Below, in pieces: positions 19,098 through 29,066 of a DNA stretch of 64,000 nt. How positions within the stretch are numbered: position 1 is the first letter of the stretch; each line of letters begins with the position of its first letter. The notes below the pieces were generated by a model that was not told the origin of the DNA, made no database searches, and saw only the letters and a list, made by a program, of their open reading frames with translations. Source of the DNA: Candidatus Tayloriibacteriota bacterium (GTDB lineage: Bacteria > Patescibacteriota > Minisyncoccia > Phycocordibacterales > CAIZLB01); assembly GCA_018883165.1 (NCBI GenBank), contig VEQN01000003.1, forward strand, positions 9,721 to 73,720, written 5' to 3'. The translations under genes and the position numbers were made by a program.

Positions 19098-19131
19098 AAA
19101 AACACCCCTGGATAAATCTAGGGGTGTTTTT
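19098..19131 (+). terminator. Rho-independent terminator
   Basis: AAAACACCCCTGGA..TCTAGGGGTGTTTT. Confidence 0.8.
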
Positions 19132-19199
19132 ACAGTACACCTTTAAAACATAGGTATTTTCTGATATACTCCGTGGGTTATAAAGAAAACACCATAATC

Positions 19200-20633
19200 A
19201 TGTCACAACGAGTATTCATTAGAGACTTACAAGCACAAATAGGTAATGAGGTAACCATTAAAGGATGGGTTGATGTCCGAAGAGATCAAGGAAAGCTCAT
19301 CTTCTTCGATTTCCGTGACATGACAGGAAAGGTACAGGGTGTAATACTCCCATCAGCCCCTGAAGCTCATGCCGTTGGTTCAACAGTAAGACCTGAGTGG
19401 GTTGTTGAGGTGAAAGGCAAGGTTAACCAAAGACCAGAGCGAGCAATACAGAAAGACAAACAAAATGGTGATATAGAACTTGAAATCCTCAGTATGTCAG
19501 TGCTTGCTGAAGCTGAGACTCCTCCTTTTGACATCCATGCAGATACACGTGAAGTAAATGAAGAAACTCGATTGAAGTACAGATATGTAGACCTGCGAGG
19601 TGACAGACTACAGAAGAATATTCGAAACAGAGCTAAGATAATTTCATATATTAGAAATTTTCTTTCTGGCACAGATTTCACAGAAATCGAAACTCCACTC
19701 CTCACTAAATCAACCCCTGAAGGTGCCCGAGACTACATCGTTCCATCACGACTTGGAGCTGGTCTTTTCTACGCACTTCCACAATCACCACAACAGTACA
19801 AACAACTCCTGATGGCTGGTGGCATCGAAAGATACTTCCAGATTGCTAAATGTATGCGAGATGAAGACACTCGAGGTGACAGACAACCTGAGTTCACGCA
19901 GCTTGATATGGAACTTTCATTTGCAACAGAAGAAGACATCATGGCAATTACCGAACAGCTTCTCATAGAAATAGTTACTAAGCTGTACCCACACAAAAAG
20001 ATTCAAACAATTCCATTCCCAAGAATTCCATACGCAGAGGCTATGGCTAAATACAACATTGACCGACCAGATATCCGAGAAAACAAAGAAGACCCAAATC
20101 TTCTTGCATTCTGCTGGGTTGTTGATTTCCCATTCTTTGAAAAGAACGAAAAACAGAACGGGACAGGAGGTGGACTTAGTCAGTGGACATTTACCCACAA
20201 TCCATTCTCTGCAGCAAAACCTGCGCATCATGAGAAGCTCATGAGCTCAAAAGCAAGTGATGCTGATCTTCAAACAATCACAGCAGCACAGTACGATATT
20301 GTACTTAATGGATATGAGATTGGTGGAGGAAGTGTACGAAACCACAAAGCAGAGTCACTCCTTAAGGTGTTTGAGATTATGGGATATGACAGTGAAACTG
20401 TAGAAAAGAACTTCTCACACATGCTTCATGCATTTAGAAGTGGAACACCACCACATGGAGGTATTGCATGGGGACTTGATCGACTCATTATGCTTCTTGA
20501 GAATGAACCAAACATTCGAGAAGTAATTGCATTCCCAAAAACAGGAGAAGGTAGAGACCCAATGATGGAATCACCAAGTGAAGTAAACCCTGAGCAGCTT
20601 CGAGAGCTTGGATTGATTGTAAACAAGAAGTAG
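19200..20633 (+). CDS. aspS: Aspartyl-tRNA synthetase (short, no GAD insertion)
   Basis: GWVDVRRDQG, STPEGARDY, LPQSPQQYKQLLM, RQPEFTQLD, PPHGGIAWGLDR. Confidence 0.97.
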   Translation: MSQRVFIRDLQAQIGNEVTIKGWVDVRRDQGKLIFFDFRDMTGKVQGVILPSAPEAHAVGSTVRPEWVVEVKGKVNQRPERAIQKDKQNGDIELEILSMSVLAEAETPPFDIHADTREVNEETRLKYRYVDLRGDRLQKNIRNRAKIISYIRNFLSGTDFTEIETPLLTKSTPEGARDYIVPSRLGAGLFYALPQSPQQYKQLLMAGGIERYFQIAKCMRDEDTRGDRQPEFTQLDMELSFATEEDIMAITEQLLIEIVTKLYPHKKIQTIPFPRIPYAEAMAKYNIDRPDIRENKEDPNLLAFCWVVDFPFFEKNEKQNGTGGGLSQWTFTHNPFSAAKPAHHEKLMSSKASDADLQTITAAQYDIVLNGYEIGGGSVRNHKAESLLKVFEIMGYDSETVEKNFSHMLHAFRSGTPPHGGIAWGLDRLIMLLENEPNIREVIAFPKTGEGRDPMMESPSEVNPEQLRELGLIVNKK

Positions 20634-20666
20634 AACCGTTATTTTTAAATCTGATATACTAAGCAC

Positions 20667-21422
20667 ATGTCAGAGCAAGTAACTAAACCCACATTCACAA
20701 TCAAAACCGAAGTGTTTGAAGGCCCTTTGGACTTACTACTTACACTCATTGAAAAGCGAAAGCTTTTCATTAATGATATTTCTCTTTCCAAAGTAACTGA
20801 TGAGTATGTACAGTACGTACAACGACTCGGTGAATATTCACTCAGTGACAGAACACAATTCATCTACATTGCTTCAACACTGCTACTCATAAAAGCAAAG
20901 TCACTTCTTCCAACCCTGTCACTCACCGAAGAAGAAAAGACAGACATTGCAGATCTTGAACGAAGACTCAAGGAATTAGAAATCATGCGTAAAGCAAGCC
21001 TTGAGCTTCAAAAACTCTTCGGTGAGAAAATCATATATCCTCGAGGAGATTTTAAGATTGATGTCAAAGTGTTTGCACCCAGTCGTGACACCACACTTGA
21101 GCACATTACTGAAAGTATCGGAAGAGTATTGAATGCACTCCCTAAAAAACAAACTGAGCCAAAGGTCAAGGTAAAGAAAACAATTAGTATCGAAGAAATG
21201 ATGGTACGACTTACTGACCGAATTAAGAATGCGGTACGTATGAGCTTCAGAGAGTTTAGTGGTGGGAAGAACTTACTTGATAAAGGGGAGAGGGTACATG
21301 TGATTGTAAGCTTTCTCGCAATGCTTGAACTTGTAAAGCAAGGAACTATTGAAGCACATCAAGAAGGTCTGTTCGATGAAATTCACATGGAAACACAGGA
21401 AATCGGTATACCAAGATACTAA
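20667..21422 (+). CDS. scpA: Segregation and condensation protein A
   Basis: FEGPLDLLLTLI, LLIKAKSLLP, SFLAMLELVK. Confidence 0.95.
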   Translation: MSEQVTKPTFTIKTEVFEGPLDLLLTLIEKRKLFINDISLSKVTDEYVQYVQRLGEYSLSDRTQFIYIASTLLLIKAKSLLPTLSLTEEEKTDIADLERRLKELEIMRKASLELQKLFGEKIIYPRGDFKIDVKVFAPSRDTTLEHITESIGRVLNALPKKQTEPKVKVKKTISIEEMMVRLTDRIKNAVRMSFREFSGGKNLLDKGERVHVIVSFLAMLELVKQGTIEAHQEGLFDEIHMETQEIGIPRY

Positions 21423-21469
21423 CACCTGGCACTGCATTTAATACATCGTATGTTATACTTTAATTCGAT

Positions 21470-21823
21470 ATGCCTCCCAACGATGTACACCATCAGTCTT
21501 CAGTTGATACAAGTCAATCGAATAGAGCTCAGATTTTCCTTTTATTATCTGCAAAGATAATAAAAAATATCCTATATATTGTAGTGATAGCTCTTTTAAC
21601 TATAATATTGTATGAACGTTTTCTTCTTGAAAACCAAGAGCTAGATGTTGTTACAACGAATCCAGAAATATCCCAAGAAGAGAAAGATATGCAACTTATC
21701 GAGCTCTCTAAGAGAACACCGGACATATCAGACGAGGAAAAAGAACTTTCACTTCGAAGTCTCTTAATAAACAAAAACATTGTTTCTGTGGAAGAACGGC
21801 AGAAAAGTTTTAATATAAAATAA
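21470..21823 (+). CDS. Hypothetical single-pass membrane protein
   Basis: One TM helix and two 'ISxEEK'-like repeats; TGT-TATACT upstream. Confidence 0.65.
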   Translation: MPPNDVHHQSSVDTSQSNRAQIFLLLSAKIIKNILYIVVIALLTIILYERFLLENQELDVVTTNPEISQEEKDMQLIELSKRTPDISDEEKELSLRSLLINKNIVSVEERQKSFNIK

Positions 21824-21831
21824 TAAAAAAT

Positions 21832-22509
21832 ATGTTTCAAAAAATCTGTACAACTTTATTTATCGTAGGAATCGTATGTAGCGCTTCAATGGTTGCAGCA
21901 TGGACAAACCCAACCGGTACACCACCGCAAAATAACGTTGCGGCGCCATTAAACGTGAGTAATGTTGCACAAAACAAACAAGGGGTCTTAACCGTTGGAG
22001 GACTTGGTATCTTTGGTCCGGCCATAATTACACCAACAGCAGGGTACTCGCTACCATCCTCTCTTAATCTGGGGGTAAACGGTAAGATTGGAGCATCAGC
22101 ATATTGTGACAAGAATGGAAACAACTGTGTAAGTACATTGGCAGGTGGTGTAGCAACAACAGCCAATGTATCAGGTTCATCAAAAGCATGGGTAACATTT
22201 AGAAACATCGGAGGTACCATATCACAAGTAGGTGATGCATATGGTGTAACTTCTGTCACAAACGGAAAAGGTGTATCTAATTTTTCTGCATACGACACGA
22301 TAATTAAATTAGACAGTCCGCTACTTACTGGCGGTTTTGCGGTGGTAGCTTCACCTGCATATGACAGTGGGTCTGGGTATTATAAAGGTAGTGTACTCGA
22401 CTGGGTATGTATTTGGAGTAAGATCTCTTCTGATACAATAGGTGTACATTGTGCATATCCTGGGTATGGACAATATGGTAACTCGATTGTCAGTGTAGTT
22501 GTATTTTAA
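21832..22509 (+). CDS. Secreted CPR-type surface or fibre protein
   Basis: Signal peptide, then WTNPTGTPPQNNVAAPLNV, YCDKNGNNC and a beta-rich C-terminal domain. Confidence 0.7.
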   Translation: MFQKICTTLFIVGIVCSASMVAAWTNPTGTPPQNNVAAPLNVSNVAQNKQGVLTVGGLGIFGPAIITPTAGYSLPSSLNLGVNGKIGASAYCDKNGNNCVSTLAGGVATTANVSGSSKAWVTFRNIGGTISQVGDAYGVTSVTNGKGVSNFSAYDTIIKLDSPLLTGGFAVVASPAYDSGSGYYKGSVLDWVCIWSKISSDTIGVHCAYPGYGQYGNSIVSVVVF

Positions 22510-22573
22510 GGTACAATCTATAAACACTGTACTCTACTAGTGCTGATCCGATAAAACAGATATAATGCTTACT

Positions 22574-23203
22574 ATGAATCTAGAACAGCAAGTGGAAGCA
22601 ATCCTTTTCTGGAAAGGGGAGCCTGTCAGTATAAAAGAGCTCTCAAAGCTCCTTGGTAAGAAGGATGAGGAAATTGATGGTGCCATCCTTAACCTACAAG
22701 CACACCTCCTAAACCGTGGAATCATACTCATGCGTACAGGAAGCAAGGAGACAAAAGATGAGGAAGTGATGCTCGGCACTTCACCTGCAGCAAGTGAACT
22801 CATTGAAAAAATTACCAAGGATGAACTTAAGAAGGATTTAGGTAAAGCAGCACTGGAAACTCTCGCTATCATTCTCTACAAAGGGCCAGTGAAACGAAGT
22901 GAGATCGACTATATCCGTGGTGTAAATTCAACATTTATTCTCCGAAACCTTCTCATACGAGGTCTCATCGAAAAAAAACCTGCACCAAATGACTCTAGAG
23001 CATCCCTTTACAGTGCATCATTTGATCTACTTTCACACCTTGGTGTTTCTGAGATTAAGAATCTTCCAAACTTTGATCTTGTTCAAGAAGAGCTCAGGAA
23101 CTTTGAAGCATCAAAAGATGCGGAAGAGAAAGCGTTAAACACAGAACCTAGTGAAGACCTGGGTCCAGTAGAACCAGACGAAACAATTAACGAAGAAGCA
23201 TAA
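22574..23203 (+). CDS. scpB: Segregation and condensation protein B
   Basis: VEAILF, AALETLAIILYKGPVKRSEIDYIRGVNS. The start could instead be 22565. Confidence 0.95.
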   Translation: MNLEQQVEAILFWKGEPVSIKELSKLLGKKDEEIDGAILNLQAHLLNRGIILMRTGSKETKDEEVMLGTSPAASELIEKITKDELKKDLGKAALETLAIILYKGPVKRSEIDYIRGVNSTFILRNLLIRGLIEKKPAPNDSRASLYSASFDLLSHLGVSEIKNLPNFDLVQEELRNFEASKDAEEKALNTEPSEDLGPVEPDETINEEA

Positions 23204-24112
23204 ATGAAAAAAAATATATATACTAAAACTATACTCTCACCTGGATTTATTATCTTCATCTCGATATTCTTCTTTCCAAATGTAATTGCATCAGCTAGTG
23301 AATTAATCACAGGAAAAGATACAATGATTTGGCCTCAAATTACGGCAACATCTGCATACGTGTATGATCCTATTGGAAACAAGGTTTTGTATACAAAAAA
23401 TGCAGATGAGATTCGACCAATTGCATCACTTAACAAACTAATGACAGCAGCTGTTGCAGATACACTTTTAAGTACAAGTCCACACTTCAGAAAGCCAGTT
23501 AAAATACAGAAGTTTACAAATGCAAATAGGGCTGATGTTACTCTTAAAGACGGTTCACTTTGGGGCATAGAAGATTTAATGACATACATGCTTGTGGGGT
23601 CATCAAACAAAGCTGCTGAGACGATTGCTTCTAGTATGGTCCCAAGAGAAAGCTTCATATCCCTTATGAACTTCACTGCAAGAAAACTTGGCCTCACAAA
23701 CACAACTTTTACCAATCCAACAGGTCTCACCACACACAAAACTGTAGGCAAAACAAAGACGACCATACCGAGTGGACACTCAACAGCACGGGAAGTTGCG
23801 CAGATGCTCTGGAAGATAATTGAGTCACATCCAGGACTTCTTGAAGCAACCCAGCTTGCTCATATTACATACTCAAATGGTATTAGTGCAGTTGCAGTAG
23901 ATAATACGAACAAGATACTTGAGAATTTTCCAATAGTTGTTGGTAAAACTGGATTTACAGAAGATGCAGGTGGAAATCTAGTAGTAGTACTTCAAAAAAC
24001 ACCTCGGTCGCACGCATATGTGATTGTAGTACTCGGATCAACACAAGAGGGTAGATTTAGTGATGTTGCTGCACTTGCATCTAAAACATTACAAATCGCA
24101 GGTGAGCGCTAA
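23204..24112 (+). CDS. D-alanyl-D-alanine carboxypeptidase (peptidase S11)
   Basis: SxxK (ASLNK), SxN (SSN), KTG (GKTGFT); N-terminal signal or anchor. Confidence 0.92.
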   Translation: MKKNIYTKTILSPGFIIFISIFFFPNVIASASELITGKDTMIWPQITATSAYVYDPIGNKVLYTKNADEIRPIASLNKLMTAAVADTLLSTSPHFRKPVKIQKFTNANRADVTLKDGSLWGIEDLMTYMLVGSSNKAAETIASSMVPRESFISLMNFTARKLGLTNTTFTNPTGLTTHKTVGKTKTTIPSGHSTAREVAQMLWKIIESHPGLLEATQLAHITYSNGISAVAVDNTNKILENFPIVVGKTGFTEDAGGNLVVVLQKTPRSHAYVIVVLGSTQEGRFSDVAALASKTLQIAGER

Positions 24113-24161
24113 TCTTTGATGCGCGATATAAGTGAGAAGGTAATATAAACAATACATCATT

Positions 24162-25235
24162 ATGGAAATGACCATTTCAGCATTCGATATCATCAAAGTA
24201 CTTTTACCAGCAGTACTTTCATTCTTGGTTGGTATTTTAATTACACCAACACTTACAAATTTCATGTATAAGCACAGAATGTGGAGGGGCGCATCACGAA
24301 GTAAAGAGAATACTGAGGCGATGTCTAAAGATTTCCAAAAAATTCACAATGAGGCAGGGGAGGTAAGTACTCCAAGAACTGGTGGCGCGCTTGTGTGGCT
24401 CTCGATTATCGCAACCATTATAATCCTCTATGTCATTTCAATAGTATTCCCAAATGATGTTACTGAAAAGCTTTCTTTTTTGAGTAGAAATCAAACACTT
24501 CTTCCCCTTGGTGTACTCTTGTTTGCCTCTCTTGTAGGTCTTGCTGATGACCTACTTCAGATCTACGGGAAGAGTAAGGAAATGTCTAATGGAATCCCAA
24601 GGAAACTTCGAATACTTGTTGTGCTCCTTATCGCTGCGGTATGTGCATGGTGGTTCTACTTCAAGCTTTCAATGCTCAGTATCCATATCCCATTCTATGG
24701 CGAATTGAACCTTGGGCTCCTCTTCATCCCATTCTTCATGGTTGTTGTACTTGGGGTGTTCTCAGGATCTGTCATTGATGGAATTGATGGCCTTGCTGCT
24801 GGCGTCATGATTGCTGCATACGCTGCATACATGATCATTGCATACTCACAAAACCAAATTGACCTCGCTGCCTTTTGTGCAGTGATTATGGGAGGACTCC
24901 TCGCGTTTCTTTGGTTCAACATTCCACCTGCGAGGTTTTATCTAGGTGAAACTGGGATGCTTGGTCTTACCGTTACCCTCGCAATTGTAGCGTTTTTGAC
25001 TCGAGAAGTTATCTTGATACCGATTATTGCATTTCCTCTGTTTATCACATCACTCTCATCAAGTGTACAAATGTTCTCAAAGAAATATTTTGGTGTGAAA
25101 GTACTTCGTATTGCTCCACTACACCATCACTTTGAAGCAATCGGTTGGCCACGATACAAGGTAACAATGCGGTATTGGGTCATTGCAATTATTACTGCGC
25201 TCTTAGGCACAATCATATCAATTCTTGGTAAGTAA
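24162..25235 (+). CDS. mraY: Phospho-MurNAc-pentapeptide transferase
   Basis: TPRTGG, GLADD, DGIDGLA, FNIPPARFYLGETG, APLHHHFE. Confidence 0.95.
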   Translation: MEMTISAFDIIKVLLPAVLSFLVGILITPTLTNFMYKHRMWRGASRSKENTEAMSKDFQKIHNEAGEVSTPRTGGALVWLSIIATIIILYVISIVFPNDVTEKLSFLSRNQTLLPLGVLLFASLVGLADDLLQIYGKSKEMSNGIPRKLRILVVLLIAAVCAWWFYFKLSMLSIHIPFYGELNLGLLFIPFFMVVVLGVFSGSVIDGIDGLAAGVMIAAYAAYMIIAYSQNQIDLAAFCAVIMGGLLAFLWFNIPPARFYLGETGMLGLTVTLAIVAFLTREVILIPIIAFPLFITSLSSSVQMFSKKYFGVKVLRIAPLHHHFEAIGWPRYKVTMRYWVIAIITALLGTIISILGK

Positions 25236-25266
25236 AAAATATGATTTATGATACAGTATATGTATC

Positions 25267-26367
25267 ATGTCGATGAAATCAGTTGATCGTTCATTTCTTA
25301 TTACTGTAGCAATACTTGTCATAGCTGGTTTTTTCATTTTCTCCTCAGCATCACTTGGGGTACTCTCTAAAAATACAGGTAAGTATCAAGCCGTTACATT
25401 TAACCAACTCATGCTTGGGCTGGTTGCGGGGAGTGTAGCTGCATATATCACCTCAAGAATCTCTTACCAGTTCTGGAGAAAACACGCATTCTATATTTTT
25501 GTCTCAGCATTCCTTCTCATGCTGCTTGTATTCATTCCTGGAGTAGGGAGGTGCGCCAAAGGAGCTTGTCGTTGGATTGTACTCGGTGGGCAAAGTTTCC
25601 AACCTGCTGAATTCTACAAACTAGGGTTTGTGATGTACCTCTCCGCGTGGTATGCATCCGTAAAGCAAAAATCGAGTACATCAAAATTCGGTACCATTCC
25701 ATTTGTCATACTTTCAGTACTCACCGCAAGCGTTGTACTTATGCAGCCTGACACTGATACGTTCATGGTCATAATTGCAGCAGGGGTAGCAATATATGTT
25801 ACAGCAGGAGGTAAATGGAAAGATCTAGCCATCATGGGACTTGTTGGAGTCATCGGACTTACTGCGCTTGTCCTACAACGCCCATACCTACAACAACGAA
25901 TACTGACATTCGCTGACCCTTCAAAAGACCCGACCGGGAGTAGCTACCAAGTACAGCAATCTTTGATTGCCATCGGATCGGGTGGACTCACCGGTAGAGG
26001 TTTTGGACAAAGTATCCAGAAGTTTAACTTCTTGCCAGAGCCAATCGGAGACTCAATATTTGCAGTTGCGGCTGAGGAGTTCGGATTCGTCGGCAGCGTA
26101 TTCATCATATTCCTCTATATCATGTTTGCCCTCAAAGGTCTTAAAATTGCAATCAGAGCACCAGACATTTTTGGCTCATACCTTGTAGTTGGTATCATTA
26201 CATTAATTACAATCCAGTCATTTTTGAATATTGCAGCGATGCTTGCCATAATTCCATTGTCGGGAACACCACTTCTCTTCATCTCACATGGAGGAACAGC
26301 ACTCTTTTTCGCACTCGCATCAGTGGGTATAGTTCTTAATGTTTCAAGGCACCAAAGAAAGGTATAA
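25267..26367 (+). CDS. ftsW: SEDS peptidoglycan polymerase FtsW
   Basis: RWI..GG.SFQPAEFYK, QPD, YQ..QSLIAIGSGG..GRG, EEFG, ISHGG. Confidence 0.93.
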   Translation: MSMKSVDRSFLITVAILVIAGFFIFSSASLGVLSKNTGKYQAVTFNQLMLGLVAGSVAAYITSRISYQFWRKHAFYIFVSAFLLMLLVFIPGVGRCAKGACRWIVLGGQSFQPAEFYKLGFVMYLSAWYASVKQKSSTSKFGTIPFVILSVLTASVVLMQPDTDTFMVIIAAGVAIYVTAGGKWKDLAIMGLVGVIGLTALVLQRPYLQQRILTFADPSKDPTGSSYQVQQSLIAIGSGGLTGRGFGQSIQKFNFLPEPIGDSIFAVAAEEFGFVGSVFIIFLYIMFALKGLKIAIRAPDIFGSYLVVGIITLITIQSFLNIAAMLAIIPLSGTPLLFISHGGTALFFALASVGIVLNVSRHQRKV

Positions 26368-26431
26368 AAGACCATATATGGTGTAAAAATCCACATGTAA
26401 GGATGACTAAAGGCATGATATACTCACTAGC

Positions 26432-27571
26432 ATGAAAATACTCATGGCAGGAGGTGGAACAGGTGGTCATTTCTACCCACTCATAGCAGTAGCAGACCAG
26501 ATACGAGAGATTTGCAAGAAAGAAAAACTTCTTGAGCCTCAAATATATTTCATGGCTCCAGATCCATATAACAAGAAGGAATTGTTCGATCATGAAATCA
26601 CATTTGTTCCTGTCATGGCTGGGAAGAGTAGAATTTCACCTTCAGCTGGAGGCAGAATCCTAAACATCATTGACATGTTCAAGATGGGTATTGGTGTATT
26701 AACAGCAATCGTAAAACTGTATTCGATATTCCCAGACGTTGTCTTTGCAAAAGGTGGATATACAAGTTTCCCAGCACTCATGGCTGCAAAGATACTTGGT
26801 ATTCCAGTAGTCATTCACGAATCAGACAGTGTACCAGGAAGGGTTAATGCGTGGGCAGGGAAGTTCGCAAAACGAATTGCCATCTCATACAAGGAAGCCA
26901 TCGAATATTTCCCAGCTGATAAAACTGCACACACAGGCAATCCGATTCGAAAAGAGTTCTCTGAGCCACTAAGCGCAGGTGCTGTTGAGTATCTAAACCT
27001 TGAGACTTCAATTCCTGTAATCCTCATACTCGGAGGTTCACAAGGTGCACAGATAATAAACGATGCGATTCTTTCAGCAATTCCTTCACTTGTACCTAAA
27101 TATCAAATCTTGCATCAAACAGGTAAGAAGAATTACGAAGAGGTTTCTAGAACCGCAAATGTCATACTCGAAGGTAATAAGTTCATTTCAAGATACCACC
27201 CATTCGACTACTTCAACACGCTTGCTATGCGAATGGCAGCTGGTGTTTCTTCTCTCATCATTTCACGTGGAGGCTCTACCATTTTTGAAATAGCTGCATG
27301 GGGCATTCCAAGTATTCTCATTCCAATTACAACATCAAATGGTGATCACCAGAGAAAGAACTCATATAACTATGCAAGAGAAAGTAGCGCCATAGTCATT
27401 GAAGAGGCAAATCTTAGCCCTGAGATCATATTGAATGAAATTGATAGAGTAATGAGTAATCAACACCTCTCAGAAAAAATGCGAACAGGTGCAAAATCAT
27501 TTGCACGTCTTGATTCCGCAACACTTATTGCTAATGAAATATTAAAGATTGCACTTAAGCACGAAATGTAA
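26432..27571 (+). CDS. murG: Undecaprenyl-PP-MurNAc-pentapeptide GlcNAc transferase
   Basis: GGGTGGH, GGY, HESDSVPG, GNPIR, GGSQGA. Confidence 0.97.
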   Translation: MKILMAGGGTGGHFYPLIAVADQIREICKKEKLLEPQIYFMAPDPYNKKELFDHEITFVPVMAGKSRISPSAGGRILNIIDMFKMGIGVLTAIVKLYSIFPDVVFAKGGYTSFPALMAAKILGIPVVIHESDSVPGRVNAWAGKFAKRIAISYKEAIEYFPADKTAHTGNPIRKEFSEPLSAGAVEYLNLETSIPVILILGGSQGAQIINDAILSAIPSLVPKYQILHQTGKKNYEEVSRTANVILEGNKFISRYHPFDYFNTLAMRMAAGVSSLIISRGGSTIFEIAAWGIPSILIPITTSNGDHQRKNSYNYARESSAIVIEEANLSPEIILNEIDRVMSNQHLSEKMRTGAKSFARLDSATLIANEILKIALKHEM

Positions 27572-27572
27572 T

Positions 27573-29066
27573 ATGAACAATTCAAAGAAACCAGTAACAC
27601 GATTTGCACCCTCACCTACAGGATATATGCATGTAGGTGGAGCAAGAACCGCCCTCTATGCATGGGCGTTTGCCCGAAAGCAGGGAGGTACCTTCATTCT
27701 TCGTATCGAGGACACTGACAAAGAAAGAGAGGTTCCAGGATCAATTGAACACATTATTGAGTCACTTCGATGGCTTGGACTTGAATGGGATGAAGGAGTT
27801 AATATCGGAGGCCCTCATGCCCCATACAAACAATCTGAGAGACTTGAGAGTTACAAAAAATATGCACAGATGCTCCACGATGCTGGTCTTGCCTATGCAG
27901 ACCCATACACAGCAGAGGAACTTGAATCATTTAGAAAAAAAGCGGAAGAAGAAAAGCGACCATTTTTGTACAGAGATCATAGACCTGAGAATCCACCTGT
28001 ATGGGATGGTACAAAACCACTTCGACTTAAGATAACAGATATTACATCATACGGATGGAACGATCTCATCCGGGGGGACTTGAAAGCTGGTCCTGAAGCT
28101 TTGGATGACTTCATTTTGCTCAAGAGTGATGGGTACCCAACATACAACTTTGCACACATTATCGATGATCTAGAAATGGGAGTAACACATATTTTCAGAG
28201 CGGATGAATTCATATCATCAACACCAAAATTTCTTGCACTGTATGACGCCTTGAAGAAGGTAACAGAAATAGAAAGACCTCTCTTTGCAACACTTCCACC
28301 AATTATGGGTCCTGATGGTAAAAAAAAGCTCGGTAAAAGAGATGGTGCAAAAGATCTTCTTGATTATCAAAAAGATGGGATACTCCCTGAGGCCATGATG
28401 AACTTTTTAGCATTCATTGGATGGAATCCTGGTACTGAGCAAGAGATATTTACACCAAAAGAACTTGTTGATGCTTTTGATATATCTGGAATTCAAAAAG
28501 CAGGTGGAGCACTCAATGAAGAGAAGCTCCTCTGGGTAAACAAGGAACATCTCAAGCGCCTTACTGATGCTGAGTTCTTAGAAAAAGCACTCTCATTCAT
28601 CCCATCACACATTTCTACCCTTGATACATTTAAGGAGAGGATCTCAAAAGTGGTGCCCGTGCTTCGAGAACGAATCTCTGTATTCAAAGAAATTACGGAG
28701 ATGACAGAGCAAGGTGACCTAGAGATATTCTTCAAGGATCCTACATACAGCAAAGACCTTCTGTTATGTCCAGAGAAACAGAGAAAAGGTATTGAAGTTA
28801 GTTCCAGTACACTCATTGAGTATCTCAATGAATTGAAGAGCATTCTCGATACCAAAGCAAGTGATATATCAAAGGAAGAAGCGAAAGAGCTGGTATGGCC
28901 ATATGCAGATTCGAAAGGAAGGGCGATTGTACTCTGGCTTCTTCGAACAGCACTCTCGGGCAGAGAAAGATCCCCAGACCCATTCACTCTCATTGAGATA
29001 CTCGGACACGCAGAAGCAGTACAACGGCTTACAAAAGCAATTGAAAAACTGCATGAAAACGCTTAG
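27573..29066 (+). CDS. gltX: Glutamyl-tRNA synthetase
   Basis: RFAPSPTG.MHVGG, LRIEDTD, PTYNFA, KLGKR. Confidence 0.97.
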   Translation: MNNSKKPVTRFAPSPTGYMHVGGARTALYAWAFARKQGGTFILRIEDTDKEREVPGSIEHIIESLRWLGLEWDEGVNIGGPHAPYKQSERLESYKKYAQMLHDAGLAYADPYTAEELESFRKKAEEEKRPFLYRDHRPENPPVWDGTKPLRLKITDITSYGWNDLIRGDLKAGPEALDDFILLKSDGYPTYNFAHIIDDLEMGVTHIFRADEFISSTPKFLALYDALKKVTEIERPLFATLPPIMGPDGKKKLGKRDGAKDLLDYQKDGILPEAMMNFLAFIGWNPGTEQEIFTPKELVDAFDISGIQKAGGALNEEKLLWVNKEHLKRLTDAEFLEKALSFIPSHISTLDTFKERISKVVPVLRERISVFKEITEMTEQGDLEIFFKDPTYSKDLLLCPEKQRKGIEVSSSTLIEYLNELKSILDTKASDISKEEAKELVWPYADSKGRAIVLWLLRTALSGRERSPDPFTLIEILGHAEAVQRLTKAIEKLHENA

